IMG/VR virus record: IMGVR_UViG_3300029305_004519
Coordinates: 13,541-77,540 of that record
Source: a virus
Strand: one strand, 5' to 3'
Length of the DNA: 64,000 nt
Positions 48,579-57,615 of this stretch are shown here, piece after piece; the stretch's first letter is position 1, and each line of letters starts with the position of its first letter. The position numbers and the translations under genes were made by a program. The notes below the pieces were generated by a model. That model was given only the letters and a program-made list of their open reading frames with translations, searched no databases and had not been told where the DNA came from.

Positions 48579-48818
48579 TTACTCTACGATATAGTCAGAA
48601 AAATCAACCCAGTCTCCAAGAGAAGTGATGACTTCACCGCCAAACTTATCTTCATCTGCATGAAGATAAAGAGAATCAATATCCAACACTCCGCCGCAAC
48701 AACTCCAAATAACCTTATCTTCAAAAGCAATTCCTACAAAGAATTGAGGTTCTCCGTCTTCCATGCAGTCATATGCGCGAACTCTTGTAGGTTCGTCAAA
48801 CCAATATACATTTTCCAT
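48579..48818 (-). CDS. Hypothetical small acidic protein
   Basis: 79-aa ORF with RBS. Confidence 0.4.
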   Translation of the reverse strand: MENVYWFDEPTRVRAYDCMEDGEPQFFVGIAFEDKVIWSCCGGVLDIDSLYLHADEDKFGGEVITSLGDWVDFSDYIVE

Positions 48819-48879
48819 TTTTCTTTCTCCTCTCTTTATCTTACAAATATATTATATCATATTTTTTTATAAAAATCAA

Positions 48880-49251
48880 TCAACGATCAACAGTCATGAT
48901 TACGCGCCACACAGGAATTAAATCCGCTGAAACCTTACATAGGTCATGCGCATAATTCATAAGCTTTCGATTAAGGTCTACATCCGATTGAACAGAAAGT
49001 AAATCAAGAGGATCAAACACGACTGCCATATTATCATCAGAAACAGAAGGTGACCAATAGCCAAAATACCACGGTCCCTCAAGGGCGCCATAAGTATCGG
49101 TTGGACGCAGCTCAAATTCATCTATTCCATTCATTAAAAGATCTCGATCTTTATCAGTTAAGGGGCCAGCTTGCACCTCAAACCCATAACAAAGACTCGA
49201 CTTATGCTCTACGCTCATTTTACTTATCGCTCCTTTATACAAAATCTTCAA
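48880..49251 (-). CDS. Hypothetical protein
   Basis: 123-aa ORF. Confidence 0.4.
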   Translation of the reverse strand: MKILYKGAISKMSVEHKSSLCYGFEVQAGPLTDKDRDLLMNGIDEFELRPTDTYGALEGPWYFGYWSPSVSDDNMAVVFDPLDLLSVQSDVDLNRKLMNYAHDLCKVSADLIPVWRVIMTVDR

Positions 49252-49452
49252 AAGTTCCTACAAAGATAAAACGACTTCTGAGGAACTGCAATTCGCTTGC
49301 TTGACGAATTACAGTGATATGTTTTACATTATCATCGTCGATATACCAAACAGCTTTAATTACAGTTTTCATAAGTGTCTCTCCTTTGCTTTTTCAATTT
49401 TCTTTTGTAATTTATTATAACATAAATTTTTTAAGAAATCAATTTACGAATA

Positions 49453-49671
49453 TTAAATCACAATAAAATCTTCGATGTTTCGATAAATATCTTCATCAGA
49501 TTCGCACCAAAGCTCTTCAAACTCCATCGCGTACAGAGCGCCGAGCAATGACTTTGCGCTAACTTTAAGCCCTGCATTATCGGTGATATATACATTACCA
49601 TGCATACGCGTTGCGATATTTACGAAATCTTGCACATTATGCATAGTGTCTAAACGAATTTGTACTTTCAT
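49453..49671 (-). CDS. HPr-like phosphocarrier-family small protein
   Basis: MKVQIRLDTMHNVQDFVNIA...GLKVSAKSLLGALYAMEF resembles the HPr His15 region (GLHTRPA) and Ser46 region (SASAKSLFKLQTLGL). 72 aa. Confidence 0.4.
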   Translation of the reverse strand: MKVQIRLDTMHNVQDFVNIATRMHGNVYITDNAGLKVSAKSLLGALYAMEFEELWCESDEDIYRNIEDFIVI

Positions 49672-49785
49672 ACTTTTGCCTCTCTTTCATTTTATACTTT
49701 ATTTTATCATATTTTTTTATAAAAATCAATGAGGCGCACAAGCTTCACTATAAGTTTTCTTATGGTGCAGATTGAAGTATTTGGC

Positions 49786-49854
49786 AGGGGACCAAGGAAT
49801 CGGACCAAGGTCTTCGCTTTTGGAGAGCGTTATTCTACCATTGAACTAGTCCCC
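49786..49854 (-). tRNA. tRNA-Trp(CCA)-like with an aberrant T-arm
   Basis: Acceptor GGGGACT/GGTCCCC, D-arm GTTC-AATGGTA-GAAT, anticodon stem CGCT/AGCG with loop CUCCAAA. The T-arm region holds a direct repeat (CCTTGGTCC x2) rather than a stem. Confidence 0.35.
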
Positions 49855-49862
49855 TATATTTA

Positions 49863-50108
49863 TTACCAGACATCCCACCAATATTCTGATACTCTACGAT
49901 ACAATCCTTTAGAACTAAGCGCTCCTTTATAGCGACGAACAGCGCGATTGCATTTGCGCTTTACGAATTTAGCTCTTCTTGGTTGCCAATAACGAATATA
50001 TCTGCCTTTTTCATCATCATACCAGACACCGGCGCCATAGTGACGCATAGTTTTATCATAAAGACGCTTATATCTTTTCTTTGTCTCTTGGCTTCTTTTA
50101 TATCCCAT
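49863..50108 (-). CDS. Small basic protein
   Basis: 81 aa, K/R-rich. Confidence 0.4.
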   Translation of the reverse strand: MGYKRSQETKKRYKRLYDKTMRHYGAGVWYDDEKGRYIRYWQPRRAKFVKRKCNRAVRRYKGALSSKGLYRRVSEYWWDVW

Positions 50109-50181
50109 AGCGCACCTCCATTATTTTGGTATAGATTATAAAAATAGGTTTAATTACTTTATTTAACTTTGAAAAAAATTT

Positions 50182-50337
50182 TTACTTCTAATCCTCCATG
50201 GATCGACGCATTTGCGCCTTATCTCGTTTGCGATTATATTTCTTCTTACTTTCAACTACTCTTGTGCGAAGAAAAGCAGAATTTTGAATCCGCTCTTTTC
50301 TACGCTCTTTAGATTCTTTTGCTTCAAGTGGTTTCAT
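50182..50337 (-). CDS. Small basic protein whose frame runs ...MED-TAG-AAG-TAA (recoded TAG one codon before the TAA stop)
   Basis: MKPLEAKESKERRKERIQNSAFLRTRVVESKKKYNRKRDKAQMRRSMED[TAG]K, then TAA. Confidence 0.4.
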
Positions 50338-50364
50338 TTCTGCTTTTCTCCTTTTGAATAATGT

Positions 50365-50441
50365 TGGTGCGGGCGTCGGGACTTGAACCCAGCATCACGC
50401 GATTATAAGTCGCGCGCTCTGACCAATTGAGCTACACCCAC
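50365..50441 (-). tRNA. tRNA-Ile(UAU)
   Basis: Acceptor GTGGGTG/CGCCCGC (two GU pairs), A73, D-arm GCTC-AATTGGTCA-GAGC, anticodon stem CGCGA/TCGCG with loop CUUAUAA. Confidence 0.6.
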
Positions 50442-50471
50442 AATATGGCTTACGCCATACTTAATTGTGGC

Positions 50472-50547
50472 TGGCACCGCGTCTAGGATTCAAACCTAGG
50501 TCTCACTCCTTCGTAGGGAGGTACACTATTCACTATGCTAACGCGGC
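50472..50547 (-). tRNA. tRNA-Arg(ACG)
   Basis: Acceptor GCCGCGT/ACGCGGT, G73, anticodon stem CTCC/GGAG with loop CUACGAA, T-arm CTAGG-TTTGAAT-CCTAG. Confidence 0.6.
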
Positions 50548-50590
50548 ATAAAATGGTATTCCCTCAGAGACTCGAACTCTGGGTCTTCTA

Positions 50591-50630
50591 TAATTGATGA
50601 GGAAATTATTCCTCATCAATTAATTTTTGA
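50591..50630. terminator. Perfect 11-bp hairpin plus T-run, at the 3' end of gene 50606-51055
   Basis: TTGATGAGGAA-atta-TTCCTCATCAA followed by TTAATTTTTG. Confidence 0.45.
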
Positions 50631-51055
50631 TACTGTGCTTCAAAACAATAATCTTCTGCTAATCTTATTCCTATTTTTTGGTTATTTTTCGGTGGATCAA
50701 GCCTAATATTTAATTGTTGTGGAATACTCTCGTCGCTATCTTGAACAATATATAATCCGCACCAATTATTTTCTACGCAGTATAAGAAAAAAATATCAAT
50801 ATCGCGTGTAGAATAAGGCACACTTTTCCATGAACCTTTAGTATAGTTCGTAGTTTTAGTAGCAAATTCCATTTTTCCATCTTTAACTGCATTAGTAGCT
50901 TTAACTTGCACTCGATATATCTTATGATTTATTTCTACAACTAAATCATATCGTGCATTATTAGATAAAGGCTTGGAAACAATTGCTCCCTTAGATAAAA
51001 AATTCACCAAAGCTAATGCTTCTCCATAATCTCCAATTGAAACAGTATTCGACAT
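50606..51055 (-). CDS. Hypothetical protein
   Basis: 149-aa ORF. Confidence 0.4.
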   Translation of the reverse strand: MSNTVSIGDYGEALALVNFLSKGAIVSKPLSNNARYDLVVEINHKIYRVQVKATNAVKDGKMEFATKTTNYTKGSWKSVPYSTRDIDIFFLYCVENNWCGLYIVQDSDESIPQQLNIRLDPPKNNQKIGIRLAEDYCFEAQYQKLIDEE

Positions 51056-51287
51056 TTAAAAAGTCCTCCTTTAATATTTTATATTTTTCTGTTCACTATT
51101 ATATAAAAATTAAAGTAATATCTTTAAATAAAACTGACCAAATTTTTGTCAATAGGTTGTTTATTAGTCAGACGCTTTACCATCTAAGCTAAGGGAATAT
51201 ATTTACTTCCAACCGCCGAACGAGTAGCACGGTCATCTGGTCTCCTTTAATGGCAAGACGCTTACTACATTTCTCATGTTTTCCTTG

Positions 51288-51365
51288 TGGCACGGGATAC
51301 TGGACTCAAACCAGTGACCTAGCGCTTAGAAGGCGCTTGCTGCTGTTCAACTGAGCTAATCCCGC
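51288..51365 (-). tRNA. tRNA-Arg(UCU)
   Basis: Acceptor GCGGGAT/ATCCCGT, G73, D-arm GCTC-AGTTGAACA-GCAG, anticodon stem AGCGC/GCGCT with loop CUUCUAA, T-arm ACTGG-TTTGAGT-CCAGT. Confidence 0.65.
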
Positions 51366-51377
51366 ATACGAAGGGAA

Positions 51378-52124
51378 TTAGATAAAATTCCCTTCTCTAA
51401 AATAAATTGATTGCATAATAAGTTCTTCAAGTATACGATCTACTCCGGGCTTATAAGAACCCTTACCCGTATAAAAATCAAGATCATTTAAATAGTCTTC
51501 AAGAACACCTAAAAGCAACTTTACAAAAGAGGGGTCAGGTGTCTTATACCTGTGTTCGCGTACATCATCTGCCATCCAGATACAGTCTTTATAAGACTCT
51601 TTAGTATCAAGAATCTTCTCAAGAGTGCGCACAATACGCACACCATTCATAATCTTCTTTGGATCTTCTGGATTTTGTTTAATGGTATGAATAGCTTGAT
51701 GCACCATAGAATGAATGGCTTGACGAAAATCATAACGCGCTACCTTTTCTCTATCTGCAAGAGGGAATTGTTCTGCCCAAAACTCCTTATATAAAGGATT
51801 AATAATGCAATAATTAGTAAACATTATTTCAACAAAATTAATGTTCTGCTTTTTCCAATTTGCAACCATATGCATAATGCTCATACACTCACAGACTTCA
51901 AAGCCCTCTTCAGTATGAATATGAAGGTGCTTAACTTCAAAAGGCTTAATAGCAAGATTGTAAATTGAAGGAATAAGAATACATTTAGTATCTACATCAG
52001 AATCTGGAGTGTTGGTGTTATAGTTCCAGCTACCATACAGAAATACGCCAAGAACTGCTTCTTTGCCAAAATGCTCTATAGCGCGTGTATAATGTTTATT
52101 TACTCTTGCCATTACATCAGTCAT
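51378..52124 (-). CDS. Pol-beta-superfamily nucleotidyltransferase domain protein
   Basis: LYGSWNYNTNTPDSDVDT (GS...DxD). True start MTDVMARV with RBS GAGAGGGAAT. 248 aa. Confidence 0.5.
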   Translation of the reverse strand: MTDVMARVNKHYTRAIEHFGKEAVLGVFLYGSWNYNTNTPDSDVDTKCILIPSIYNLAIKPFEVKHLHIHTEEGFEVCECMSIMHMVANWKKQNINFVEIMFTNYCIINPLYKEFWAEQFPLADREKVARYDFRQAIHSMVHQAIHTIKQNPEDPKKIMNGVRIVRTLEKILDTKESYKDCIWMADDVREHRYKTPDPSFVKLLLGVLEDYLNDLDFYTGKGSYKPGVDRILEELIMQSIYFREGNFI

Positions 52125-52194
52125 TTTTATTCCCTCTCTTTCTTTTAACATATATATTTTATCATATTTTTTTGATAAAATCAAAAGAGAAATA

Positions 52195-52617
52195 TTAATT
52201 CAGCCAATTCATATTTGCATTCTTGACAATGGTTTTAATTTCTGCGGCCCGGTCATCGCGCTTTTCTTGGCGTAATTTTTCATAAGCGGCAGCAATATAG
52301 TCATAAAGCGTATTGGCATTAGGGCATATTTCATGAAACTGATTGTCTTCATCAAAAAGCCAAACACACAGATAACTACCGCAATCCGCTGTAAGCTCGT
52401 CTTTTGCTCCAAGATGCAAAGGATCAATTTCAGCATCAAGAGCGTCAAGAATAGAATCCATATACTTATCTACGATAATTTCTTGCACCCCAAGTTTTGC
52501 CATACCTTCACTGAAATCACCATTAAAATATTCGTCAAGAGCTTCAATCATTTTAACAAAATTTTCTTTTTGCATTTTTCTTTCCTCCTTAAATAATATA
52601 ATTATATTTTCGCGCAA
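52195..52617 (-). CDS. Hypothetical protein
   Basis: 140-aa ORF. Confidence 0.4.
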   Translation of the reverse strand: MRENIIILFKEERKMQKENFVKMIEALDEYFNGDFSEGMAKLGVQEIIVDKYMDSILDALDAEIDPLHLGAKDELTADCGSYLCVWLFDEDNQFHEICPNANTLYDYIAAAYEKLRQEKRDDRAAEIKTIVKNANMNWLN

Positions 52618-52885
52618 GTGCGTTAATTTTATTTTTAAACAATCGCATATCGGTTAATTTCTTCCAACTATAAACAAGAACATCTCGCTCTTGATTGTAA
52701 CGGATATAGTCAGGATGAAAATTATCTATAATCCATGTAATATATTCAGAAGGAGAGATATTCATCATTCGCGCGGGTGCCCACCATAAGCTGCGGACAC
52801 TCGAAAGATCCGATGTATCATTACAATACCAGCTCCCATTTGCGCCCTGCCATTCGACATACTTTAAAAGTTTAGGCTCGCCCAT
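52589..52885 (-). CDS. Hypothetical protein
   Basis: 98-aa ORF. Confidence 0.35.
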   Translation of the reverse strand: MGEPKLLKYVEWQGANGSWYCNDTSDLSSVRSLWWAPARMMNISPSEYITWIIDNFHPDYIRYNQERDVLVYSWKKLTDMRLFKNKINALARKYNYII

Positions 52886-52912
52886 TTTATATCTCTCCTT
52901 TTGATTTAATAA

Positions 52913-53221
52913 TTATAGTCCTAAAGACTTTAACAAATCTGCAACTGCTTGTTTTTCAGCATCAGTGGGTTTAACAGGCTCCGTACGCTCAGGAGTTGGA
53001 GCTGTCATCTTTGGAGCTGGGAAATCGCCCGGAATAGCGGCATCGGCGCCCATCTCTACATTTTCTTTTGCGCAAGTTAATGCTACTTTAATTTGCACAG
53101 TTTCGCCATTCTCTTGGCAAGGAATGCGCAATTCTTTCCCGTCATTGTATAAGAAGGAGCCGGGAAACATCTCCAAAAGTTTCTTTTGTACTTCTTGTTT
53201 TGCTATTGCTCCACGAGCCAT
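52913..53221 (-). CDS. Hypothetical protein
   Basis: 102-aa ORF. Confidence 0.35.
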   Translation of the reverse strand: MARGAIAKQEVQKKLLEMFPGSFLYNDGKELRIPCQENGETVQIKVALTCAKENVEMGADAAIPGDFPAPKMTAPTPERTEPVKPTDAEKQAVADLLKSLGL

Positions 53222-53286
53222 AATTTATTCTCCTTTTGTTTTATAATTTATTATAACATATTTTTTTAAAAAATGCAATAAAGTTA

Positions 53287-54093
53287 TTAATGTTTAATAA
53301 CCAAATGATTTTGACGCAATAAATTGCTAATATTTAATGCCGATTCACAAATACCACATCGTTCACCTTTCATGCAACGCTTGCCGCAATATTTTCGCGC
53401 TTCTGCAAAAGCTGGTAATACTCTGGTAGAGTCAAAGTTACAATCAAAATCCAAAATAATTGTGTCTAAACTACTTTTCCAAGCCTTCTTTATAGCATAG
53501 ATTCTATATAGTACCGCCTGCCTATCTTCTGGCCCCCAGAATTCAATAGTGTCAATCACATCTTGATAAGTGTCAATATCTTCGGGGCGAATAAAGAACT
53601 TTTTAATTGGCGCCGTAGCTTTGACACTTGATTGAGCAATATTCGGAAAAGCGCGAATTTGTACATTATGCGCACTACAGATACGCTTTGCGCGCACTAG
53701 GTCAAAGCAAATATCTTCGACCAAATATACTTGAGCTACTCCAAGGCTTAATGTATATTGTAATTGTTCAAAATTAGAAATAAAACTTCCTAAAAAGAAA
53801 GGTACTTTTATTTCCTTAATGCATTCTAACAACACATTATCAACTTCAAAAAACTTTTGGCGCTCACCAAAGCGAACTGTAAAGTTAGGATATGTTTCAT
53901 AAATTGCATTCAATTTATGCCACTCTTGAGTGGTATGAAAAGTCGGAATATCTTTCACTGATAAAACAATATGTTGATTAGAATGTAGTTGTAAAAATTC
54001 AATTAATTCTTCATTCTAATTCTCATATTGAATAATAACTTCATCAAATGGAATTAAATCAATTTTATTTGAAAATACTGCTGAATATCTCAT
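53287..54093 (-). CDS. Hypothetical protein with C-terminal Cys cluster and one in-frame TAG
   Basis: AGGAGG RBS and ATG at 54093: MRYSAVFSNKIDLIPFDEVIIQYEN[TAG]NEELIEFLQLHSNQHIVLSVKDIPTFHTT... in frame with ORF-track 53287-53958. 269 codons. Ends CGKRCMKGERCGIC... Confidence 0.5.
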
Positions 54094-54160
54094 TTAATCC
54101 TCCTTAATAAGAAAAGAGGCGACGTAACCCCGCCGCCTCTTTTCCGAACATGATTTTTAA

Positions 54161-54544
54161 TTATTCTGCATCTACGGGAAGAGTCCAAGCAGTCTTGGTC
54201 TTACCCTCTTCAGTCTTTACCTTGGTCTTGGAAGCTTGACCAGCCTCTACAAGATTATTCAACTTAGCCTGAATCTTAGCCACAGTCAACTCGCCATCCT
54301 CGTTCTCAAAGTGAGCAAGAATATCTTCGCGAGTCTGAGGAGTCTCGCTCAAAGTGCTCAAAACAGCAGCCTGAAGCTCATCTCCGATAGCACGCTTTGC
54401 AGCTGCGCGCTCTCTTGCCTTTACATTCTTCTTCTCCAGAAGAGCCTTCTCATTTTCGCAGTAAGCAACGATAGTCTCGTTATCTGCGCATGCCTCGATG
54501 ATCATATCGAGAACCATTGCCTTGGTGATCTTAGTGTTTTCCAT
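54161..54544 (-). CDS. Hypothetical protein, member of a three-paralog family (with 61386-61808 and 62425-62808)
   Basis: The N-terminal ~40 aa and overall layout are shared by the three proteins. Confidence 0.4.
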   Translation of the reverse strand: MENTKITKAMVLDMIIEACADNETIVAYCENEKALLEKKNVKARERAAAKRAIGDELQAAVLSTLSETPQTREDILAHFENEDGELTVAKIQAKLNNLVEAGQASKTKVKTEEGKTKTAWTLPVDAE

Positions 54545-54747
54545 TTTTTGTTTCTCCTTAAAATATATTTATTTTTTATTTGGTGTTATTATTATACCAA
54601 AAATTTTTTAATTTTTCAACTAAAGGCGGCCGCGCCTGCAAGTAACTTTTATTACTTGTATAAGATTTCTTTTTTCCTTATCTTACATTTATATTATATC
54701 AAAAAATTTTAGAATTTTCAAGTGAGCAGATTAGATCTCCTTTATAG

Positions 54748-55473
54748 TTACCACTCATTAAAGTCGGAATAATCAAGCAAGATCGGCGCGCCACAGTAGT
54801 AGCCCAAGTTTCCCTCATGAAGATCATAAATATGATGTTTTTCAAGAAATTGAGACAAGCGCACAAATTCACTTTCTCCATAATAGTTAAAAAAATCGCT
54901 GATCCACAGATCGTTAAAACATTTCACATTCAATTGAGTGCATCTTTTTCTTGTTGAATCACATTCAGATAGTCTAGAGAGTCTATCACAATCCATAGGG
55001 ACAACTCTTTGTTGGACATAAACAGGGTAGTCTTTTATCATTGCATACAATTCTTCTTTTGCAAAATATTGCGCAAGATCTTCTGCTTCGGCTTGTTTAT
55101 AAATGGCACATTCAAGAGCACAATAGTCCCATTCATTACTTGTTTCAATCTCGTCAGAACAAGCACAAAAGAATTTTTGCAGATAATCTTCAGGAAAAGG
55201 TTCTTCAGCATTTTCGTTTTCTCCAGAATCCCAATAAGAGCAGTCATCATTATATGACTCTTCATCAAACAACATTGAATAAGGAATCTTAATAACTTTA
55301 TCTTCTCCCTTAATAAGGATTACAAGCTTTGAAATCCCGCTATCCACACCAATATGTGCATTTTCTCCGAATTGCTTGCGTAAATATGAAGAAACTTGCG
55401 TATGCTCTGCTTCATATAGGTTCTCAAATTTTATATCTGAATTTTGCAACGCTGCAATAACTTTATCAATCAT
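54748..55473 (-). CDS. Acidic hypothetical protein
   Basis: 241-aa ORF, D/E/C-rich. Confidence 0.4.
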   Translation of the reverse strand: MIDKVIAALQNSDIKFENLYEAEHTQVSSYLRKQFGENAHIGVDSGISKLVILIKGEDKVIKIPYSMLFDEESYNDDCSYWDSGENENAEEPFPEDYLQKFFCACSDEIETSNEWDYCALECAIYKQAEAEDLAQYFAKEELYAMIKDYPVYVQQRVVPMDCDRLSRLSECDSTRKRCTQLNVKCFNDLWISDFFNYYGESEFVRLSQFLEKHHIYDLHEGNLGYYCGAPILLDYSDFNEW

Positions 55474-55580
55474 AGGAAATACCTCTTTATCATCTTTTTT
55501 CTATATATATTATATCATAAAAATATAAAAAAATCAATAAAAACAGAGCGGCGCAAAGCGTCGCTCTGAGAATTCCTATA

Positions 55581-55898
55581 TCAAGCATTGGCGCCCAATC
55601 TGTTAGAGACTTCTTGAATGATATATTCTCTTTCTGACTCAAACCCATCATCATTTAAGTCATACTTTTGCATAACTTGATTAAAGATGTTTGCATCAGC
55701 AATATCAACATCGTCATAGTAGAGATCTACAAGATAATTGATTGCGCTTTCAACATTAGCGTAGTGTTCTGCAATAGCAAAATTAAAATCACTCAACATC
55801 TTCGATCTCCTCCTCAATAAGATAATAACAAGCCTCTGCAAAGAGATCAAACTCAATATCCGAACAGAGCGCAATATAAAGATCATGGTGATCATCAA
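55581..55898 (-). CDS. Hypothetical protein
   Basis: 105-aa ORF; overlaps 55789-56031 in another frame, so one of the two may be spurious. Confidence 0.3.
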   Translation of the reverse strand: MMITMIFILRSVRILSLISLQRLVIILLRRRSKMLSDFNFAIAEHYANVESAINYLVDLYYDDVDIADANIFNQVMQKYDLNDDGFESEREYIIQEVSNRLGANA

Positions 55899-56147
55899 GG
55901 TAGGCGCCTACACATTCTTCAGCGCAATATTCCATCTCCTCTTGGCTAGAAATGTCTACATTGTGACACATATATTCATCTATTACTCCATTCAAAAAAG
56001 AATTTCCAACGGTTACCTTAATTACTCCCATAGCTTTTATCCTTTCTTACTTTCTTTATTTTACATATATATTTTATCATATATTTTTCAAAAAATCAAT
56101 CAAATGACTTAAAAGTGGCACAAAGCGATGGTTGCGCGCCTTAGTTG

Positions 56148-56190
56148 ACTACTTTTTAAAAATATATTATAATATAAGTAACTAAAGATA
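56148..56190 (+). promoter_or_regulatory. Plus-strand sigma-70-type promoter (TTGACT-N17-TATAAT) at the start of the plus-strand gene block
   Basis: ttagTTGACTactttttaaaaatatatTATAATataag, followed by an RBS AAAAGGAGAAAAA and an ATG at 56208. Confidence 0.55.
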
Positions 56191-56207
56191 TAAAAGGAGA
56201 AAAACAG

Positions 56208-56672
56208 ATGGTATTTGGTGGATGTTTGATTATTTGCGTGTTAATTGTACTTGGTATATGGCATGGAAAAACTTTGATAGACTATAAGCGTTTATAGGAC
56301 AATTGCGGTGATAATGGGGTCATTGGCCCAGATCATATCATTTTTGTTGCTCTTGATCAAAGTAAGTATATGCAGGATTTAGCGCAGCGATGTATTTAGG
56401 CTCGTAAAAAAGTATAGATTCAAATATTTAAAACGCAAACAACGAAAGATGGGCGGCAAGATATTTTCTTTGAAAATGGAGATATTCTAAGTATTATTAC
56501 TTATGGGGCGCAAATCGCTCCGTTAAGTAAGCGTGATATTGGTATATACACGCATCGCTTTTTCTTTGATTATAAGCTACCTGAGGGCGCAGAGCGCGCC
56601 GTAATTAAAGATTTAGGTTTATTGGATTATGTATTAGACATCGGTATTTGTACCGAGAAAAGTGGGGGTTAA
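56208..56672 (+). CDS. Membrane protein (N-terminal TM helix) with three in-frame TAG codons
   Basis: MVFGGCLIICVLIVLGIWHGKTLIDYKRL[TAG]DNCGDNGVIGPDHIIFVALDQSKYMQDLAQRCI[TAG]ARKKV[TAG]IQIFKTQ..., then TAA. 155 codons. Confidence 0.5.
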
Positions 56673-56674
56673 AT

Positions 56675-57037
56675 ATGGATACTTGGAAAAAAACAAATGA
56701 AGCTTGGTTCGGAGATACTTTTGATAGAGCTTCCATTTGTGCTTATAATAGTGCTACTACGGATGCTGTTAACGGTGTCTCTGTAACAAAAGGCGTCGAT
56801 AACAATGCAGTTTTTACTTGCACAAATACTAATAATTGGGATAATGCAACTCTTCTTGTTGGAAATAATGGAGAGATAGCTTATAAGGATTATGCGGTTA
56901 AAAGTGATGTTGATTCTATTTGCAGTCAGTTAAAGAAACTACAAGAGCAAATAGATGAATTAAAGGTACGCTCAATGGTTACTTCAAACTTGCGTTCGGC
57001 GCTTAAAACATTGCAATATAAAAGAGAGGTAAAATAA
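56675..57037 (+). CDS. Hypothetical protein (possible virion or tail component)
   Basis: MDTWKKTNEAWFGDTFD..., translationally coupled to the upstream gene. Confidence 0.45.
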   Translation: MDTWKKTNEAWFGDTFDRASICAYNSATTDAVNGVSVTKGVDNNAVFTCTNTNNWDNATLLVGNNGEIAYKDYAVKSDVDSICSQLKKLQEQIDELKVRSMVTSNLRSALKTLQYKREVK

Positions 57038-57369
57038 TGTATTATAATGGATCAAGTTTTATATATAATAGACCAACAGCAAGTAAAGTTGAAAAAACTG
57101 AATACGCTGAGATGGTACATGTCAAAGCTCTTGCAACAAGAGTTGCGGTTTTAGAAGATAGGGAAAGTAAAATAGTCAATCAAGTGGCAACAGATAAAGC
57201 AATTCTAGAGGATGCTATTGATCAAATTAGATATAATTATCAAGCAATAAATGATTTGCGCTATGAGATTGATAAGTTAAAAAATGCGCTAAGCGTTGCT
57301 AAAAAACGTCGTAGGGTAACGATTTGCGCAGGCGATCAGAAAGTAGAAATTATCCGCGTTAATAATTGA
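57037..57369 (+). CDS. Hypothetical coiled-coil protein
   Basis: 110-aa ORF; ATG overlaps the upstream stop. Confidence 0.45.
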   Translation: MYYNGSSFIYNRPTASKVEKTEYAEMVHVKALATRVAVLEDRESKIVNQVATDKAILEDAIDQIRYNYQAINDLRYEIDKLKNALSVAKKRRRVTICAGDQKVEIIRVNN

Positions 57370-57615
57370 TAAAAGGTTGCTAAGGGCAAAGATTGGCGTC
57401 TCTTAAACCAACACGATTTTGTTACGATTTTAATTGATTTTGCTTTTGGGAAAAGGCGGAATGACAACAGATTGTTGTAGATTAATTAAAAAACCTCAAG
57501 CATACGAAAAGTAGAAAAATTTTAATAGCTTTATAAATCTTGGGCAAATTCAAGCAAAAAAGTTGTTGGAATTTTTATAATAAGATAGAAAAGATAAAGA
57601 AAGAGAGGTTTTATA

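Noticed and set aside
50553-50606. Possible additional tRNA (T-arm CAGAG-TTCGAGT-CTCTG with acceptor AGGGAAT-A-CCA)
   Set aside because: Only 18 nt separate the acceptor and the T-arm, so there are no D or anticodon arms, and the region overlaps a strong terminator hairpin. It is probably a tRNA remnant rather than a gene.
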